A stretch of DNA of 64,000 nucleotides from Candidatus Omnitrophota bacterium (GTDB lineage: Bacteria > Omnitrophota > Gorgyraeia > Zapsychrales > JBAZNR01), in assembly GCA_041649175.1 (NCBI GenBank), contig JBAZNR010000002.1:114822-178821 (forward strand), in the 5' to 3' direction. The notes beneath the pieces are model-generated. The model searched no databases and was not told the DNA's origin. It saw nothing but the letters and a program-made list of their open reading frames with translations. How positions within the stretch are numbered: the stretch's first letter is position 1; the number at the start of each line of letters is the position of its first letter. Below are positions 21,630 through 31,171 of the stretch, piece after piece. A program made the position numbers and the translations under genes.

Positions 21630-23447
21630 ATGGTTACAAAAACTGTAGAGAAAAAACGCATTTCGCGTTTTGAAATTTTGATGGATGCCGGTTTTGGCGC
21701 GCAAAGCGCCGGCGATATTTTGATCAAGGCCTTTGCCAGAACAGGCAAGTTCGTTTACATCGAGCCGATGATCCCCGCCGAGATCAGCCCGCCGCCACGC
21801 ACGCGTCCGGCTTTGTCGGGTGCGATCATCCGTGTTGCGGATTTCGATATTACCAATATCGGAAATAATACCGACCTCATCTTAGCCGCGCATGAAATTG
21901 TGTTAGACCGCCGTTTTGATGATGGGGAAAGCAATCCGCAAGCAAAAATACTTCTAGATGTCGGCGACCAGTCCGCCAATAAAGATTCCTACGAAAAAGT
22001 CTTAAAGCGCGTTAAAGACGCTGGGCTTACCGTTATTCCGTTTGAGTTAGACGCCGAATCTAACGCCATTATCCGCAGTCTGGGAAATTCCGGAAAAAAT
22101 ATGTATTATATCGGCATGCTGGCAGCGATCTACAACACGCCGCATGATGCCATCATTACTGAGATTAAAAGAACATTTGGTAAAAAACTCTCCGAAGAAG
22201 TCTTAAATAAAAATATCAGCCTTTTTCATAACGGCTATAAATACGCGGAAGACAACATTGCACTTTCCTATGAAGTTGCCGGAACTGTGCGCAGCACCGA
22301 AAAGATCTTGATCGACGGCAATACTTCGCTTGCCATGGGTATTATTGACGCGGGAATAAAAATTTTCGCCGGTTATCCCATTACACCGGCTTCATCCATT
22401 ATGCACACCTTAGCAAAAGTTTTTCCGTCCTACGGCGGCATGGTGCATCAGGCAGAAGATGAAATTAGCGCGATCGGTTCCGCCATCGGTTCTTATTTTG
22501 GCGGTGTTCCGTCTATTACCGCGACGTCCGGGCCGGGGCTTTCTTTAAAACAAGAATTTATCGGTTTTGCTTCTTCAGCGGAAATTCCTTTGATCGTTAT
22601 TGACGCCCAGCGCGGCGGGCCGTCCACCGGACTGCCGACGAAAACGGAACAATCCGATCTTTTAGCGGCGGCATTTGGCTCGCACGGCGACGCACCCAAA
22701 GTTGTTTTGAGCGTTGCCAACGTCATTGATTGTTTTTACGCTCCGACCGTGGCCCGATATATCGCCGAAAAGTTGAGAATTCCGGTTATGCTGATGACGG
22801 ATTTCCAAACAGCCAATAGTTATAAGGTCATTGATAAACTTCCCGTGACCCAACTTGACGATATTAACAAGATCCCGGATTTTGTTTTAGAACGTTTTCA
22901 TATGAAAAGACTGCCGGATACTATTGAAATGGTTTGCGCCAATCAGGCAGACCCCGGAACGCCGGAAATGATGCGCCGGGTCACCGGGCTTAACACTGAC
23001 GCGAAAGGCGTTGTGAGTCATTCCGGCGCTACTAGTCTTCGTTCTCATCAAATCCGCGGCGAAAAAGTTCATCATGTGCAACGCGCTTTGACCAAGCCGG
23101 AAATGTTCGGCAAAGAAAGCGGAGATCTCTTGGTGGTTGGCTGGGGAAGTACTCGCGGTGTTATTGAAGAAGCCATTGATATGTGCAAAGGCGAAAATCT
23201 TTCCGCTTCAGGAATGCATTTAAAGATCGTCCACCCGCTACCTTTGATGCTCAAAGACATTTTCACGAATTTTAAAAAGGTTGTTACCGTAGAAGTGGCT
23301 TACGGCGACGAATTAGCGCCGCCACCATTAGCGCTTTTGTTGCGCAGTGCGACATTAGCGGATGTTCAGCCGGCTTTAGCCCGTCCGACGGGTCGCCCCA
23401 TCACGCCGCGCGGTATTTTGTCTAAAATTAAGGAGATCTTAAAATGA
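21630..23447 (+). CDS. 2-oxoacid:ferredoxin oxidoreductase, large (fused alpha/gamma-type) subunit
   Basis: The 605-aa ORF has the size and domain order of the two-subunit OFOR alpha subunit. The beta (TPP) subunit follows with a 4-nt overlap. Confidence 0.75.
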   Translation: MVTKTVEKKRISRFEILMDAGFGAQSAGDILIKAFARTGKFVYIEPMIPAEISPPPRTRPALSGAIIRVADFDITNIGNNTDLILAAHEIVLDRRFDDGESNPQAKILLDVGDQSANKDSYEKVLKRVKDAGLTVIPFELDAESNAIIRSLGNSGKNMYYIGMLAAIYNTPHDAIITEIKRTFGKKLSEEVLNKNISLFHNGYKYAEDNIALSYEVAGTVRSTEKILIDGNTSLAMGIIDAGIKIFAGYPITPASSIMHTLAKVFPSYGGMVHQAEDEISAIGSAIGSYFGGVPSITATSGPGLSLKQEFIGFASSAEIPLIVIDAQRGGPSTGLPTKTEQSDLLAAAFGSHGDAPKVVLSVANVIDCFYAPTVARYIAEKLRIPVMLMTDFQTANSYKVIDKLPVTQLDDINKIPDFVLERFHMKRLPDTIEMVCANQADPGTPEMMRRVTGLNTDAKGVVSHSGATSLRSHQIRGEKVHHVQRALTKPEMFGKESGDLLVVGWGSTRGVIEEAIDMCKGENLSASGMHLKIVHPLPLMLKDIFTNFKKVVTVEVAYGDELAPPPLALLLRSATLADVQPALARPTGRPITPRGILSKIKEILK

Positions 23448-24361
23448 GCGCTCCTGCTGAAAATAAATTACCACAACCTGTAACCATTAAAGACTTAAAC
23501 ACCGATAATCCGCGTTGGTGCGTTGCCTGCGGCGATTTCGGTATTCTTATGGGAATAAAGCGATTTATCGTTGATGCCGCTCTTCGTCCGGAAAAAACAG
23601 TGAACATTTCCGGCATTGGCTGTTCCGGCCGCGCGCCGAACTACATCAACACCTACGGTATTCATGGTATTCATGGGCGCCCCATTACTCTTGCCATGGG
23701 GCTGGCTTTAGCGCGCCCTGATCTAAATCTTTTTGTGGAATCCGGCGACGGCGATGCCTTAAGTATCGGCGGAAATCATCTCATTCACGGCATCAATAAG
23801 AATTTCAAATGCGTTTTTCTTCTTTTTGATAATGAACTTTACGCCTTAACGAAAAGCCAGACTTCTCCTACAACTCGAAAAGGGCACAAAACCAATACAC
23901 AACCTTTCGGAACGTATCTCGAGCCGCTTAATCCGGTTCGCCTTGCGCTAGGCATCGGCGCGTCTTTTGTGGCGAGCACCACCGACTGGATGCCGGATCA
24001 TTTGGCCAGCACGTTAAAAGCGGCGTTCGCCCATCCGGGTTTTGCCTTTGTTCATATTTCTCAGCGCTGTCCGCATTATGACGAAGCGAATTTTGATCAT
24101 AAAACCAGTTCTTGGTTTTCTTTCTTGACGCATGAAAATGGAATTGCCGCCGACAAACGCCTTTCGGATAAAACCGAAGTGATCGTTCACGACCCAAGCC
24201 AGATCACCAAAGCGTTCGAATATGCTGAAAGTCCTCGTCGGCATTACGGGCTTTTTTATCAAGACGCTAAAAAAGCTCGCTACGATGCAATTCTGCAAAA
24301 TCAAACGAAGAGTGCAGAACAAAAACCTCGCGATAAAATTCTCGACCGATTTCTTTTATAA
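23444..24361 (+). CDS. 2-oxoacid:ferredoxin oxidoreductase beta subunit (TPP-binding)
   Basis: The 305-aa ORF has the TPP-binding region GDGDALSIGGNHLIHG and an N-terminal cysteine motif (WCVACGDFG, GIGCSGR) for the [4Fe-4S] cluster. Confidence 0.8.
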   Translation: MSAPAENKLPQPVTIKDLNTDNPRWCVACGDFGILMGIKRFIVDAALRPEKTVNISGIGCSGRAPNYINTYGIHGIHGRPITLAMGLALARPDLNLFVESGDGDALSIGGNHLIHGINKNFKCVFLLFDNELYALTKSQTSPTTRKGHKTNTQPFGTYLEPLNPVRLALGIGASFVASTTDWMPDHLASTLKAAFAHPGFAFVHISQRCPHYDEANFDHKTSSWFSFLTHENGIAADKRLSDKTEVIVHDPSQITKAFEYAESPRRHYGLFYQDAKKARYDAILQNQTKSAEQKPRDKILDRFLL

Positions 24362-24376
24362 AATAGGAAGATCCTG

Positions 24377-25318
24377 ATGGCAAATATTGAAAATGTGGTG
24401 ATCGTCGGTTCCGGCCCGGCCGCTCATGCGGCCGCCATTTATACCGGACGCGCTAAGCTTGACCCTTTGCTTTATGAAGGATTTTTAGCGGGCGGAATTG
24501 CCGCCGGCGGACAGCTCACCACCACCACCGAAGTAGAAAATTATCCCGGATTTCCCGAAGGGATCAGCGGCCCGGAACTGATGCAAAGAATGCGTGAACA
24601 ATCCATTAAGTGCGCCACGCGTATCAAAACCCAAACCGTTACCAAAGTTGACCTCACAGCAAAACCTTTCAAAGTTTTCATTGATTCCGAAGTTGTTTTA
24701 ACCAAAACCTTGATCATTGCGACCGGCGCCACCGCCAAACGCATGCATGTTCCGGGCGAAGAACAGCTTTGGCAGCGGGGAATTTCCGCCTGCGCGGTTT
24801 GCGACGGCGCGCTTCCCATTTTTCGTAATAAAGTCTTAGCGGTGGTGGGCGGCGGCGATTCGGCGGCGGAAGAATCCACCTATTTAACGAAATTCGCCAG
24901 CAAAATAGTTCTTTTGGTGCGCCGCGATGTTTTACGCGCGTCCAAAGCCATGCAAGAACGCGTTTTATCCGATAAAAAAATAGAAGTTCTCTGGAATACC
25001 GTTTTAGTTGATGTTGTTGGCGATAAAGCCCTTTCCGGCGTGAAGATCAAAAACGTCAAAACCAACCAAGAAAGCACGCTGGAAGTCGGCGGGCTTTTTT
25101 ACGCCATCGGCCATCAACCCAATACCGCGTTTTTAGAAGGTCAACTCCAGCTAGACGAAACAGGCTACATTTTAACCAAACCGGGAACCACTCAAACCAA
25201 TATTCCCGGTGTTTTCGCCTGTGGCGATGTGCAAGACAAGGCCTATCGCCAAGCCATTACCGCGGCCGGTTCGGGCTGTATGGCGGCTTTGGAAGCCGAA
25301 CGCCTGCTTAATCATTAA
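24377..25318 (+). CDS. trxB: thioredoxin-disulfide reductase
   Basis: The 313-aa ORF has FAD ([12 protein letters not shown]) and NADPH (GGGDSAAEE) motifs, plus the redox-active CAVCDG. Confidence 0.85.
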   Translation: MANIENVVIVGSGPAAHAAAIYTGRAKLDPLLYEGFLAGGIAAGGQLTTTTEVENYPGFPEGISGPELMQRMREQSIKCATRIKTQTVTKVDLTAKPFKVFIDSEVVLTKTLIIATGATAKRMHVPGEEQLWQRGISACAVCDGALPIFRNKVLAVVGGGDSAAEESTYLTKFASKIVLLVRRDVLRASKAMQERVLSDKKIEVLWNTVLVDVVGDKALSGVKIKNVKTNQESTLEVGGLFYAIGHQPNTAFLEGQLQLDETGYILTKPGTTQTNIPGVFACGDVQDKAYRQAITAAGSGCMAALEAERLLNH

Positions 25319-25427
25319 GATTTTTCTCGCCCAGTCCTCCCGTCATTTCCATTGTCATCTTTTCAAGAATATGTTAGTATAACCCCGTAATTCACAACAA
25401 CTTAAAGCGAAACTGCGCAAGAAACCT

Positions 25428-26141
25428 ATGGACAATCTCCCTTACTCTAAGTCAGAATCCTGGAAAATGTTCGATAAGATCTCCGGCCGATATGATCTGC
25501 TCAATCGGCTTTTATCATTTGGGCTGGATATCGGCTGGCGCAAGAAAATCGTCTCCTTTCTGCCCCCAAAAAACGATTTAACCATTCTTGATCTTGCCAC
25601 CGGAACCGGGGATGTTCTGCTTTATCTTTTTGAGCAGACAAAATCCATCAAAATAGCTTACGGCATTGATCTTTCGGAAAAAATGCTTCTGATTGGCCAA
25701 GAAAAGATAAAGACGCGCAAGTTAGAAGCACAGATCATCTTAAAAAACGGCGACATTAATCAAATCCCGTTTGAAGAAAATTATTTTGACGCGGCAACCA
25801 TTGCGTTCGGAATTCGTAACGTGGTCAATCCAAAACAGGTTTTAAGTGAAATGTTGCGTGTTTTAAAGCCGGGCGGACGGGCGATCATATTAGAATTTGC
25901 TATTCCCGAAAACGCTTTAGTGCGCCCCATTTTTACCTTTTATTTGAGAAAAATTTTGCCCGCCGTCGGCGCGCTTATTTCCGGAAATCTTAAAGCCTAT
26001 AAATATCTTAATCAAACGGTAGAAACGTTTATGTACGGCGAAGAATTTTGCCAAGCGATGGGTGCTTGCGGTTTTCTTAATGTCCGCGCTCACCCCCTGA
26101 CGTTTCAAACGGCGATGATCTATACAGGTGAAAAACCCTAA
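25428..26141 (+). CDS. menG: demethylmenaquinone methyltransferase / UbiE-family C-methyltransferase
   Basis: The 237-aa ORF has the UbiE/MenG N-terminus (MFDKISGRYDLLNRLLSFGLD), the SAM motif LDLATGTGD, and VLKPGGRAIILEF. A men gene cluster lies downstream. Confidence 0.8.
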   Translation: MDNLPYSKSESWKMFDKISGRYDLLNRLLSFGLDIGWRKKIVSFLPPKNDLTILDLATGTGDVLLYLFEQTKSIKIAYGIDLSEKMLLIGQEKIKTRKLEAQIILKNGDINQIPFEENYFDAATIAFGIRNVVNPKQVLSEMLRVLKPGGRAIILEFAIPENALVRPIFTFYLRKILPAVGALISGNLKAYKYLNQTVETFMYGEEFCQAMGACGFLNVRAHPLTFQTAMIYTGEKP

Positions 26142-26144
26142 GCG

Positions 26145-27557
26145 ATGAGTCAGGCGATCGAAGAAAAACAAATTTTAACCTTTAATGAAGCGAAAGAGTT
26201 TTGCGCCGGAGAAATACGACGCCTTGCCGAAGAGCTTCCTTTAGGCAAAAACCGCATCATTCGTTTTGAAGTTAAAATTAATTCTGCCGATCTACCGCAG
26301 TTTTTAGCGTCTAACGCGTCAAATTCCAAAATTTACTGGTCCAGCCGTGAATCGTATTTGCCCGACCGGCAGGGAAGTTTTGAAACCGCGGGCTTAGGAA
26401 TTTCTTACGCGCTTTCCGGAACCAGCATCATTGATTACGATGCCATCTTTCACGAATTGAACCGGTATCTGTCCGGCGATAACAAGAATGTTAAGTTTTT
26501 TGGCGGAATAGCGTTTAACCATACCTCAATCGATAAAAACTGGGAAGAATTTGGAAGTTATCGTTTTGTTTTGCCTCGTTTTGAAGTTCTTAAACGTAAT
26601 CAGCAAACATTTTTTGCCTGTAATGTTTTCGGAAATGTTTTTAGCGCCCGGGAAGCCGAAAGAATTCTTCAAGAATTAGAAAGCCTAAAATGCCCAAATG
26701 AAAAAACATCTTTGATGTTTCCGCGGCTTATTTCCCGTAGCGATGAACCAAAGAAATCCGAATGGATAAAAAAAGTTGATGCGCTCATCAAACGTCTTAA
26801 GAATAAAACTTTAGAAAAAACGGTCTTAGCGCGCCAATCGGTCTTTGAATTTGCCGAAAATCCCGATCCCTGGGCTATTCTTAGAGAACTTAAAAGTATT
26901 TCTCCCGATTGTTTTCATTTTTGTTTTTCACCTATTGATGCGGCCGCTTTTATCGGCGCTTCGCCCGAAAGGCTTTATAAGCGCGACGGAAAAACGGTTC
27001 GAACCGAGGCTATTGCCGGAACGCGTCCGCGCGGGCGATCATCGGAAAGTGATTCAAAATTAAAACAGGAACTTCTTAATTCACCCAAAGAACTTAAAGA
27101 ACATCAATTTGTGGCCGAAGCTATTGAAGATGCGCTAGAGCAGGTGTGCACGCGTTGGGATATGGAAACAAAATCCACTCTTTTGGCGCTTAAAAGCGGG
27201 CAACATCTTTTGACATCATTTAAAGGAAATCTTAAAAAAGATACCGATGATGCCGAAATTTTAAGTTTGCTGCATCCCACACCGGCGGTCGCGGGTTGTC
27301 CGACGGATAAAGCGCTTAAAGTTATCAAGCAATTTGAGCCGTTTAAGCGCGGTTGGTACGCGGCACCGGTCGGTTGGGTTGGTTTTGACAGTTGTGAATT
27401 TGCGGTCGGCATTCGTTCCGGGCTTATTTTAAATAATAAACTTTTCGTTTACGCCGGGGCAGGGATCGTGGAAGATTCAAATCCACAAGATGAGTGGGAT
27501 GAAGTAGAAACAAAGATAGGAAGTTTTATTAAGATATTCGAAAGCAGTAAACTCTAA
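26145..27557 (+). CDS. menF: isochorismate synthase
   Basis: The 470-aa chorismate-binding enzyme has a C-terminal region (SPERLYKRDGKTVRTEAIAGTRPRG ... PTPAVAG ... GWYAAPVGW) typical of MenF/EntC. Its stop overlaps the menD start by 1 nt. Confidence 0.8.
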   Translation: MSQAIEEKQILTFNEAKEFCAGEIRRLAEELPLGKNRIIRFEVKINSADLPQFLASNASNSKIYWSSRESYLPDRQGSFETAGLGISYALSGTSIIDYDAIFHELNRYLSGDNKNVKFFGGIAFNHTSIDKNWEEFGSYRFVLPRFEVLKRNQQTFFACNVFGNVFSAREAERILQELESLKCPNEKTSLMFPRLISRSDEPKKSEWIKKVDALIKRLKNKTLEKTVLARQSVFEFAENPDPWAILRELKSISPDCFHFCFSPIDAAAFIGASPERLYKRDGKTVRTEAIAGTRPRGRSSESDSKLKQELLNSPKELKEHQFVAEAIEDALEQVCTRWDMETKSTLLALKSGQHLLTSFKGNLKKDTDDAEILSLLHPTPAVAGCPTDKALKVIKQFEPFKRGWYAAPVGWVGFDSCEFAVGIRSGLILNNKLFVYAGAGIVEDSNPQDEWDEVETKIGSFIKIFESSKL

Positions 27558-29212
27558 TGACAAATTTAAATTCTATGTGGGCTGAGCTAATTATCGAAGA
27601 ACTCATTCGAAACGGTGTCGATTATTTCTGCATCGCTCCGGGTTCGCGTTCGGCGCCTTTGACCATTGCCGCCGCGCGCAACAAACGTGCTAAAACTTTT
27701 GTTCATTTTGACGAAAGAGGATTGGCGTTTCACGCTTTAGGCTATACAAGTGCGACGCGAAAACCTTGTGTTTTGATCTGTACATCAGGCACGGCTGTGG
27801 GCAATTTTTTTCCCGCGATCATTGAAGCCTCGAAGAAAAAATTGCCCCTGATCGTCCTTACCGCCGATCGTCCGCCGGAACTTCAAAAAACCGGCGCTAA
27901 TCAAACCATCGAACAAAATAATATTTTCGGAAAATACGCCAAATGGACTTTTGAATTTCCTTGTCCGACCCCGGAAATTAAGCCTGAATTTGTCTTGACC
28001 ACAATCGATCAGGCGGTTTTTCAAGCCAAATCCGGAATGAAAGGCGTTGTGCATTTGAATTGCATGTTTCGCGAACCTTTGACGCCGAAAAAGACAGAAA
28101 AGCGTATAGCGTATAGCGTTGAGCGTTTAGGGCCATACACGACATATGAGAAACTAGACGCTATCCGCTACACGCTAGACGCTAAAACGCTCGATGCAAT
28201 TAAATCGATTAAAAACGGTTTAATTGTCGTTGGCAAAATCCCCTTATCCGGTTCTCACGCGCAAGCTGTTTTACATTTAGCTGAAAAACTCCAATTTCCT
28301 ATTTTTCCCGATGTAACGTCCGGTTTGCGCTTAGGGATTGATCATCCCAATCTTATTCATTATTACGACCTTCTCTTGGCTGAAAATAAGCTTAAAAACT
28401 TCAAGCCCGATGGAATTATCCATTTAGGCGGACGGATCACTTCTTCTCGCTATTACGAATTCATCAAATCCTTAAGCCCTAAAACCCTTAAGTCCTATAT
28501 AACTGTTATAAGCCATCCCTTACGAAACGATCCCTTGCACATTGTTACGCATCGCATTCAATCTTGCGTAGGGCAGTTCTGCATGACAGTAAATGAAAAA
28601 ATCCCTTCGCGGCCCCAATCCGCTCAGCTTTTGTCACTTAAGAAGCTTTCAGAAAGCACCAACTCGAAACTGACAAAACTGGAAAACTCGAAAACTTTAA
28701 GCGAAGAAGCCGTTGCTCGTCTTATTTCTCGTCTTATTCTCAAAAATTCCGGCCTATTTTTATCCAGCAGCTTGCCCGTGCGCCACATGGACACTTACGC
28801 CGCTTACGACGGAAATCCGGTCATCGTCGGCTCTAATCGGGGAGCAAGTGGCATTGATGGTACGATTGCCAGCGCGATTGGATTTGCAAAAGGATTAAAT
28901 AACCCGACAACGCTTTTAATCGGCGACTTAGCATTTCTACATGATCTAAACTCTCTAGCAATGCTTAAAGATTTGAAAGTTCCGCTTACGATCGTCGTTC
29001 TTAATAATAACGGCGGGGGAATATTCCATAAACTTCCCGTATCGCAAGTCAAAGACGCGTTTATAAAATATTTTAAAACTCCGCATAACTTGAATTTTAA
29101 GCAAATAGGAAATGTTTTTAATTTAGAGAATTATGCGGTAAAATCGATGAAGGATTTTGCGCGAGCTTATAAAAACAAGGGAAAGAAAATAATAGTTTGC
29201 AATGGATGCTAA
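27557..29212 (+). CDS. menD: 2-succinyl-5-enolpyruvyl-6-hydroxy-3-cyclohexene-1-carboxylate synthase (TPP enzyme)
   Basis: The 551-aa ORF has the MenD-type N-terminus (WAELIIEELIRNGVDYFCIAPGSRSAPL) and the TPP-binding GDLAFLHDLNS...NNNGGGIF. The men operon context supports the call. Confidence 0.85.
   Translation: MTNLNSMWAELIIEELIRNGVDYFCIAPGSRSAPLTIAAARNKRAKTFVHFDERGLAFHALGYTSATRKPCVLICTSGTAVGNFFPAIIEASKKKLPLIVLTADRPPELQKTGANQTIEQNNIFGKYAKWTFEFPCPTPEIKPEFVLTTIDQAVFQAKSGMKGVVHLNCMFREPLTPKKTEKRIAYSVERLGPYTTYEKLDAIRYTLDAKTLDAIKSIKNGLIVVGKIPLSGSHAQAVLHLAEKLQFPIFPDVTSGLRLGIDHPNLIHYYDLLLAENKLKNFKPDGIIHLGGRITSSRYYEFIKSLSPKTLKSYITVISHPLRNDPLHIVTHRIQSCVGQFCMTVNEKIPSRPQSAQLLSLKKLSESTNSKLTKLENSKTLSEEAVARLISRLILKNSGLFLSSSLPVRHMDTYAAYDGNPVIVGSNRGASGIDGTIASAIGFAKGLNNPTTLLIGDLAFLHDLNSLAMLKDLKVPLTIVVLNNNGGGIFHKLPVSQVKDAFIKYFKTPHNLNFKQIGNVFNLENYAVKSMKDFARAYKNKGKKIIVCNGC
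28101..28193. repeat. in-frame cluster of short direct and inverted TAGCGT/ACGCT-type repeats inside menD
   Basis: AGCGTATAGCGTATAGCGTTGAGCGTTTAG ... CTAGACGCTATCCGCTACACGCTAGACGCTAAAACGCTC. The two halves are approximately reverse-complementary and built from (T/C)AGCGT units. The segment encodes RIAYSVERLGPYTTYEKLDAIRYTLDAKTLDAI. Confidence 0.4.
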
Positions 29213-29489
29213 ACCAATACGCTATTCAATTCTTGAAATCGTTGCTATCTTTGCCGCAGGAATTCTGCTTTGCGTTGCAATTCCTAAAGGCTTCTTGAAT
29301 GATAAGCCGTTTCTTCTGTGGGCTTCGCTAACGTTATCGCTGTATCTTCTATTAAAAATCCTCCACCGAAAAAATAAAAACATTTTAAAAATGCAACCGG
29401 GATTTAAAATTGTTGCAAATATATTATTGATTGTATGGGCGCTATGCGGAGCGATGTTCTTTTTTCTCACAGTATTTTGTAATTTTTAA
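29202..29489 (+). CDS. hypothetical small membrane protein
   Basis: The 95-aa ORF has 2-3 TM helices and is AT-rich. It overlaps the menD 3' end by 11 nt. I recognise no motifs. Confidence 0.3.
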   Translation: MDAKPIRYSILEIVAIFAAGILLCVAIPKGFLNDKPFLLWASLTLSLYLLLKILHRKNKNILKMQPGFKIVANILLIVWALCGAMFFFLTVFCNF

Positions 29490-29545
29490 AACAAACAGCG
29501 ACTGGCACGTTTTTAGAAGATCAAAAAAAGGAATTATTGTTATCA

Positions 29546-30187
29546 ATGGATAAGAACAACCCAACAACGAAAAAGCGGGATTTTGATAAAGAAGCGGCCA
29601 CCTGGGACACCGCGCAAAAGATCACTTTAGCCAAAAATATCGCCGGGGCTATTTTAAGCCAAGTCAAATTGACAAAAGAAATGGATGTTATGGATTTTGG
29701 CTGCGGCACCGGGCTTTTGGCTTTCCATATTCAGCCCCTGGTCCGCTCGGTCGTCGGTGTCGACAGCTCAAAGGGAATGTTGGATGCTTTTAATACCAAG
29801 ATCCGCCAGAAGGATATCAAAAACGCCAAAACTTCTTTTGTGGATTTAAGCGCGGGAGATGTTTTAAACGGACGCTATCAGGCTATTATTAGCGGTATGA
29901 CGCTTCATCATATTGAAGATGTTCCGGCGCTTTTGAAACGTTTCTTTGAAATTTTAACCAAAGGCGGACAACTCGCGCTGGTAGACTTAGATGAAGAGGG
30001 CGGCCTTTTTCATGAAAACAAAGACGGCGTTTTTCACAACGGGTTTAACCGGGAAAAATTGAAAGGCTTGTTAACGGATGCGGGCTTTGCCGATATCCGC
30101 GACACAACGGCCGCCCAAATGACCAAGTCCGCCGCTAACGGCGCGCTTAGAACATTTTCGATTTTTTTAATAACGGGGAGAAAATGA
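29546..30187 (+). CDS. class I SAM-dependent methyltransferase
   Basis: It has the Rossmann SAM motif MDFGCGTGL and the downstream acidic/hydrophobic pattern (LVDLDEEGG). The start is taken at MDKNNPTT. Confidence 0.7.
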   Translation: MDKNNPTTKKRDFDKEAATWDTAQKITLAKNIAGAILSQVKLTKEMDVMDFGCGTGLLAFHIQPLVRSVVGVDSSKGMLDAFNTKIRQKDIKNAKTSFVDLSAGDVLNGRYQAIISGMTLHHIEDVPALLKRFFEILTKGGQLALVDLDEEGGLFHENKDGVFHNGFNREKLKGLLTDAGFADIRDTTAAQMTKSAANGALRTFSIFLITGRK

Positions 30188-30247
30188 AGGTGAGTGGCGC
30201 GTATTTAAAAAGGTACGTGTCCCGGGAAATTTGTAAAGGAGATATAA

Positions 30248-31102
30248 ATGGCGCCCAAAAGAAAAGAAATTACTAATCCAATTCCACAGCCTCCTTCAGT
30301 AAACCCCGAAAAAGGAATTGAATTGATAAAAAAGCAAATAGATCGCGGCAAGGATTTGCTTGCTAAAAGACCACTAAGAAAAGATGACTATCTTTCATGG
30401 GAAAATATTACACAGGCATGTCTCGAGAAATCGTTTGGTTTAAATTCACCAAATGTAAATAAGGTATTAGATATTGGCAAATACGGTGCTTTTCCTATGG
30501 GGGCAAGCGAAGATTATTGGGAAAATAGTAGGTCTGAGGATCTTTCGTCGCAAATCTCAATGTTAATAAGTCAAATTGAATTGCTTGAAATGGAGATATC
30601 GCTTTCTTCGGATACTAAGAGTGGACCAGTCATTCCTAGTCATTTGCCAGCAATTTCACGGAAAATATTCCTTGTCCATGGACATGATGATGGTATCAAA
30701 GAAGCGACAGCAAGATTTTTAGAGAAGTTGGGTTTAGCGCCAATAATCTTGCATGAGAAGCCAAATCAAGGAAGAACAATCATCGAGAAAATTTCTGATT
30801 ATTCCGATGTAGGCTTTGCAGTTGTGCTGTTAACAGGCGATGATGTTGGCAGAATAAATGATGCAAAATGTGAGAACCTTCTTCCGCGTGCTCGCCAAAA
30901 TGTAGTCCTTGAACTCGGGTATTTTTTAGGAAGAATTGGTCGGCAACGAGTATGTGCTCTCTATCAAAAAGGAGTTGAAATTCCATCAGATTATTCCGGC
31001 GTTCTGTTTATTCCTTTAGATGAGAGTGGTGCCTGGCGTGTGCAGTTGGCTAAGGAAATCAAAGCAACAGGTATTGACTTAGACATGAACAGCGCCATTT
31101 GA
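30248..31102 (+). CDS. two-domain protein: N-terminal domain of unknown family + C-terminal TIR-like nucleotide-binding domain (COG4271/PF10137 type)
   Basis: Residues ~138-275 carry three motif blocks: KIFLVHGHDDGIKEATARFLEKLGLAPIILHE, SDVGFAVVLLTGDDVG, and RQNVVLELGYFLGRIGRQRVCALY. These match the blocks I recall for the 'predicted nucleotide-binding protein containing TIR-like domain' family (FDFAIFVFSPDD / RDNVIFELGLFIGRLG). The N-terminal ~135 aa is helical or coiled-coil (ISMLISQIELLEMEIS), has no TM segment and belongs to no family I recognise. The gene is AT-rich relative to its flanks. Confidence 0.6.
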   Translation: MAPKRKEITNPIPQPPSVNPEKGIELIKKQIDRGKDLLAKRPLRKDDYLSWENITQACLEKSFGLNSPNVNKVLDIGKYGAFPMGASEDYWENSRSEDLSSQISMLISQIELLEMEISLSSDTKSGPVIPSHLPAISRKIFLVHGHDDGIKEATARFLEKLGLAPIILHEKPNQGRTIIEKISDYSDVGFAVVLLTGDDVGRINDAKCENLLPRARQNVVLELGYFLGRIGRQRVCALYQKGVEIPSDYSGVLFIPLDESGAWRVQLAKEIKATGIDLDMNSAI

Positions 31103-31171
31103 AATACTTGCAGAAAACAACTGACGCTATTTTTAAATTTAATTGAATTAAAAAATTTCGATGGAGAAGAA

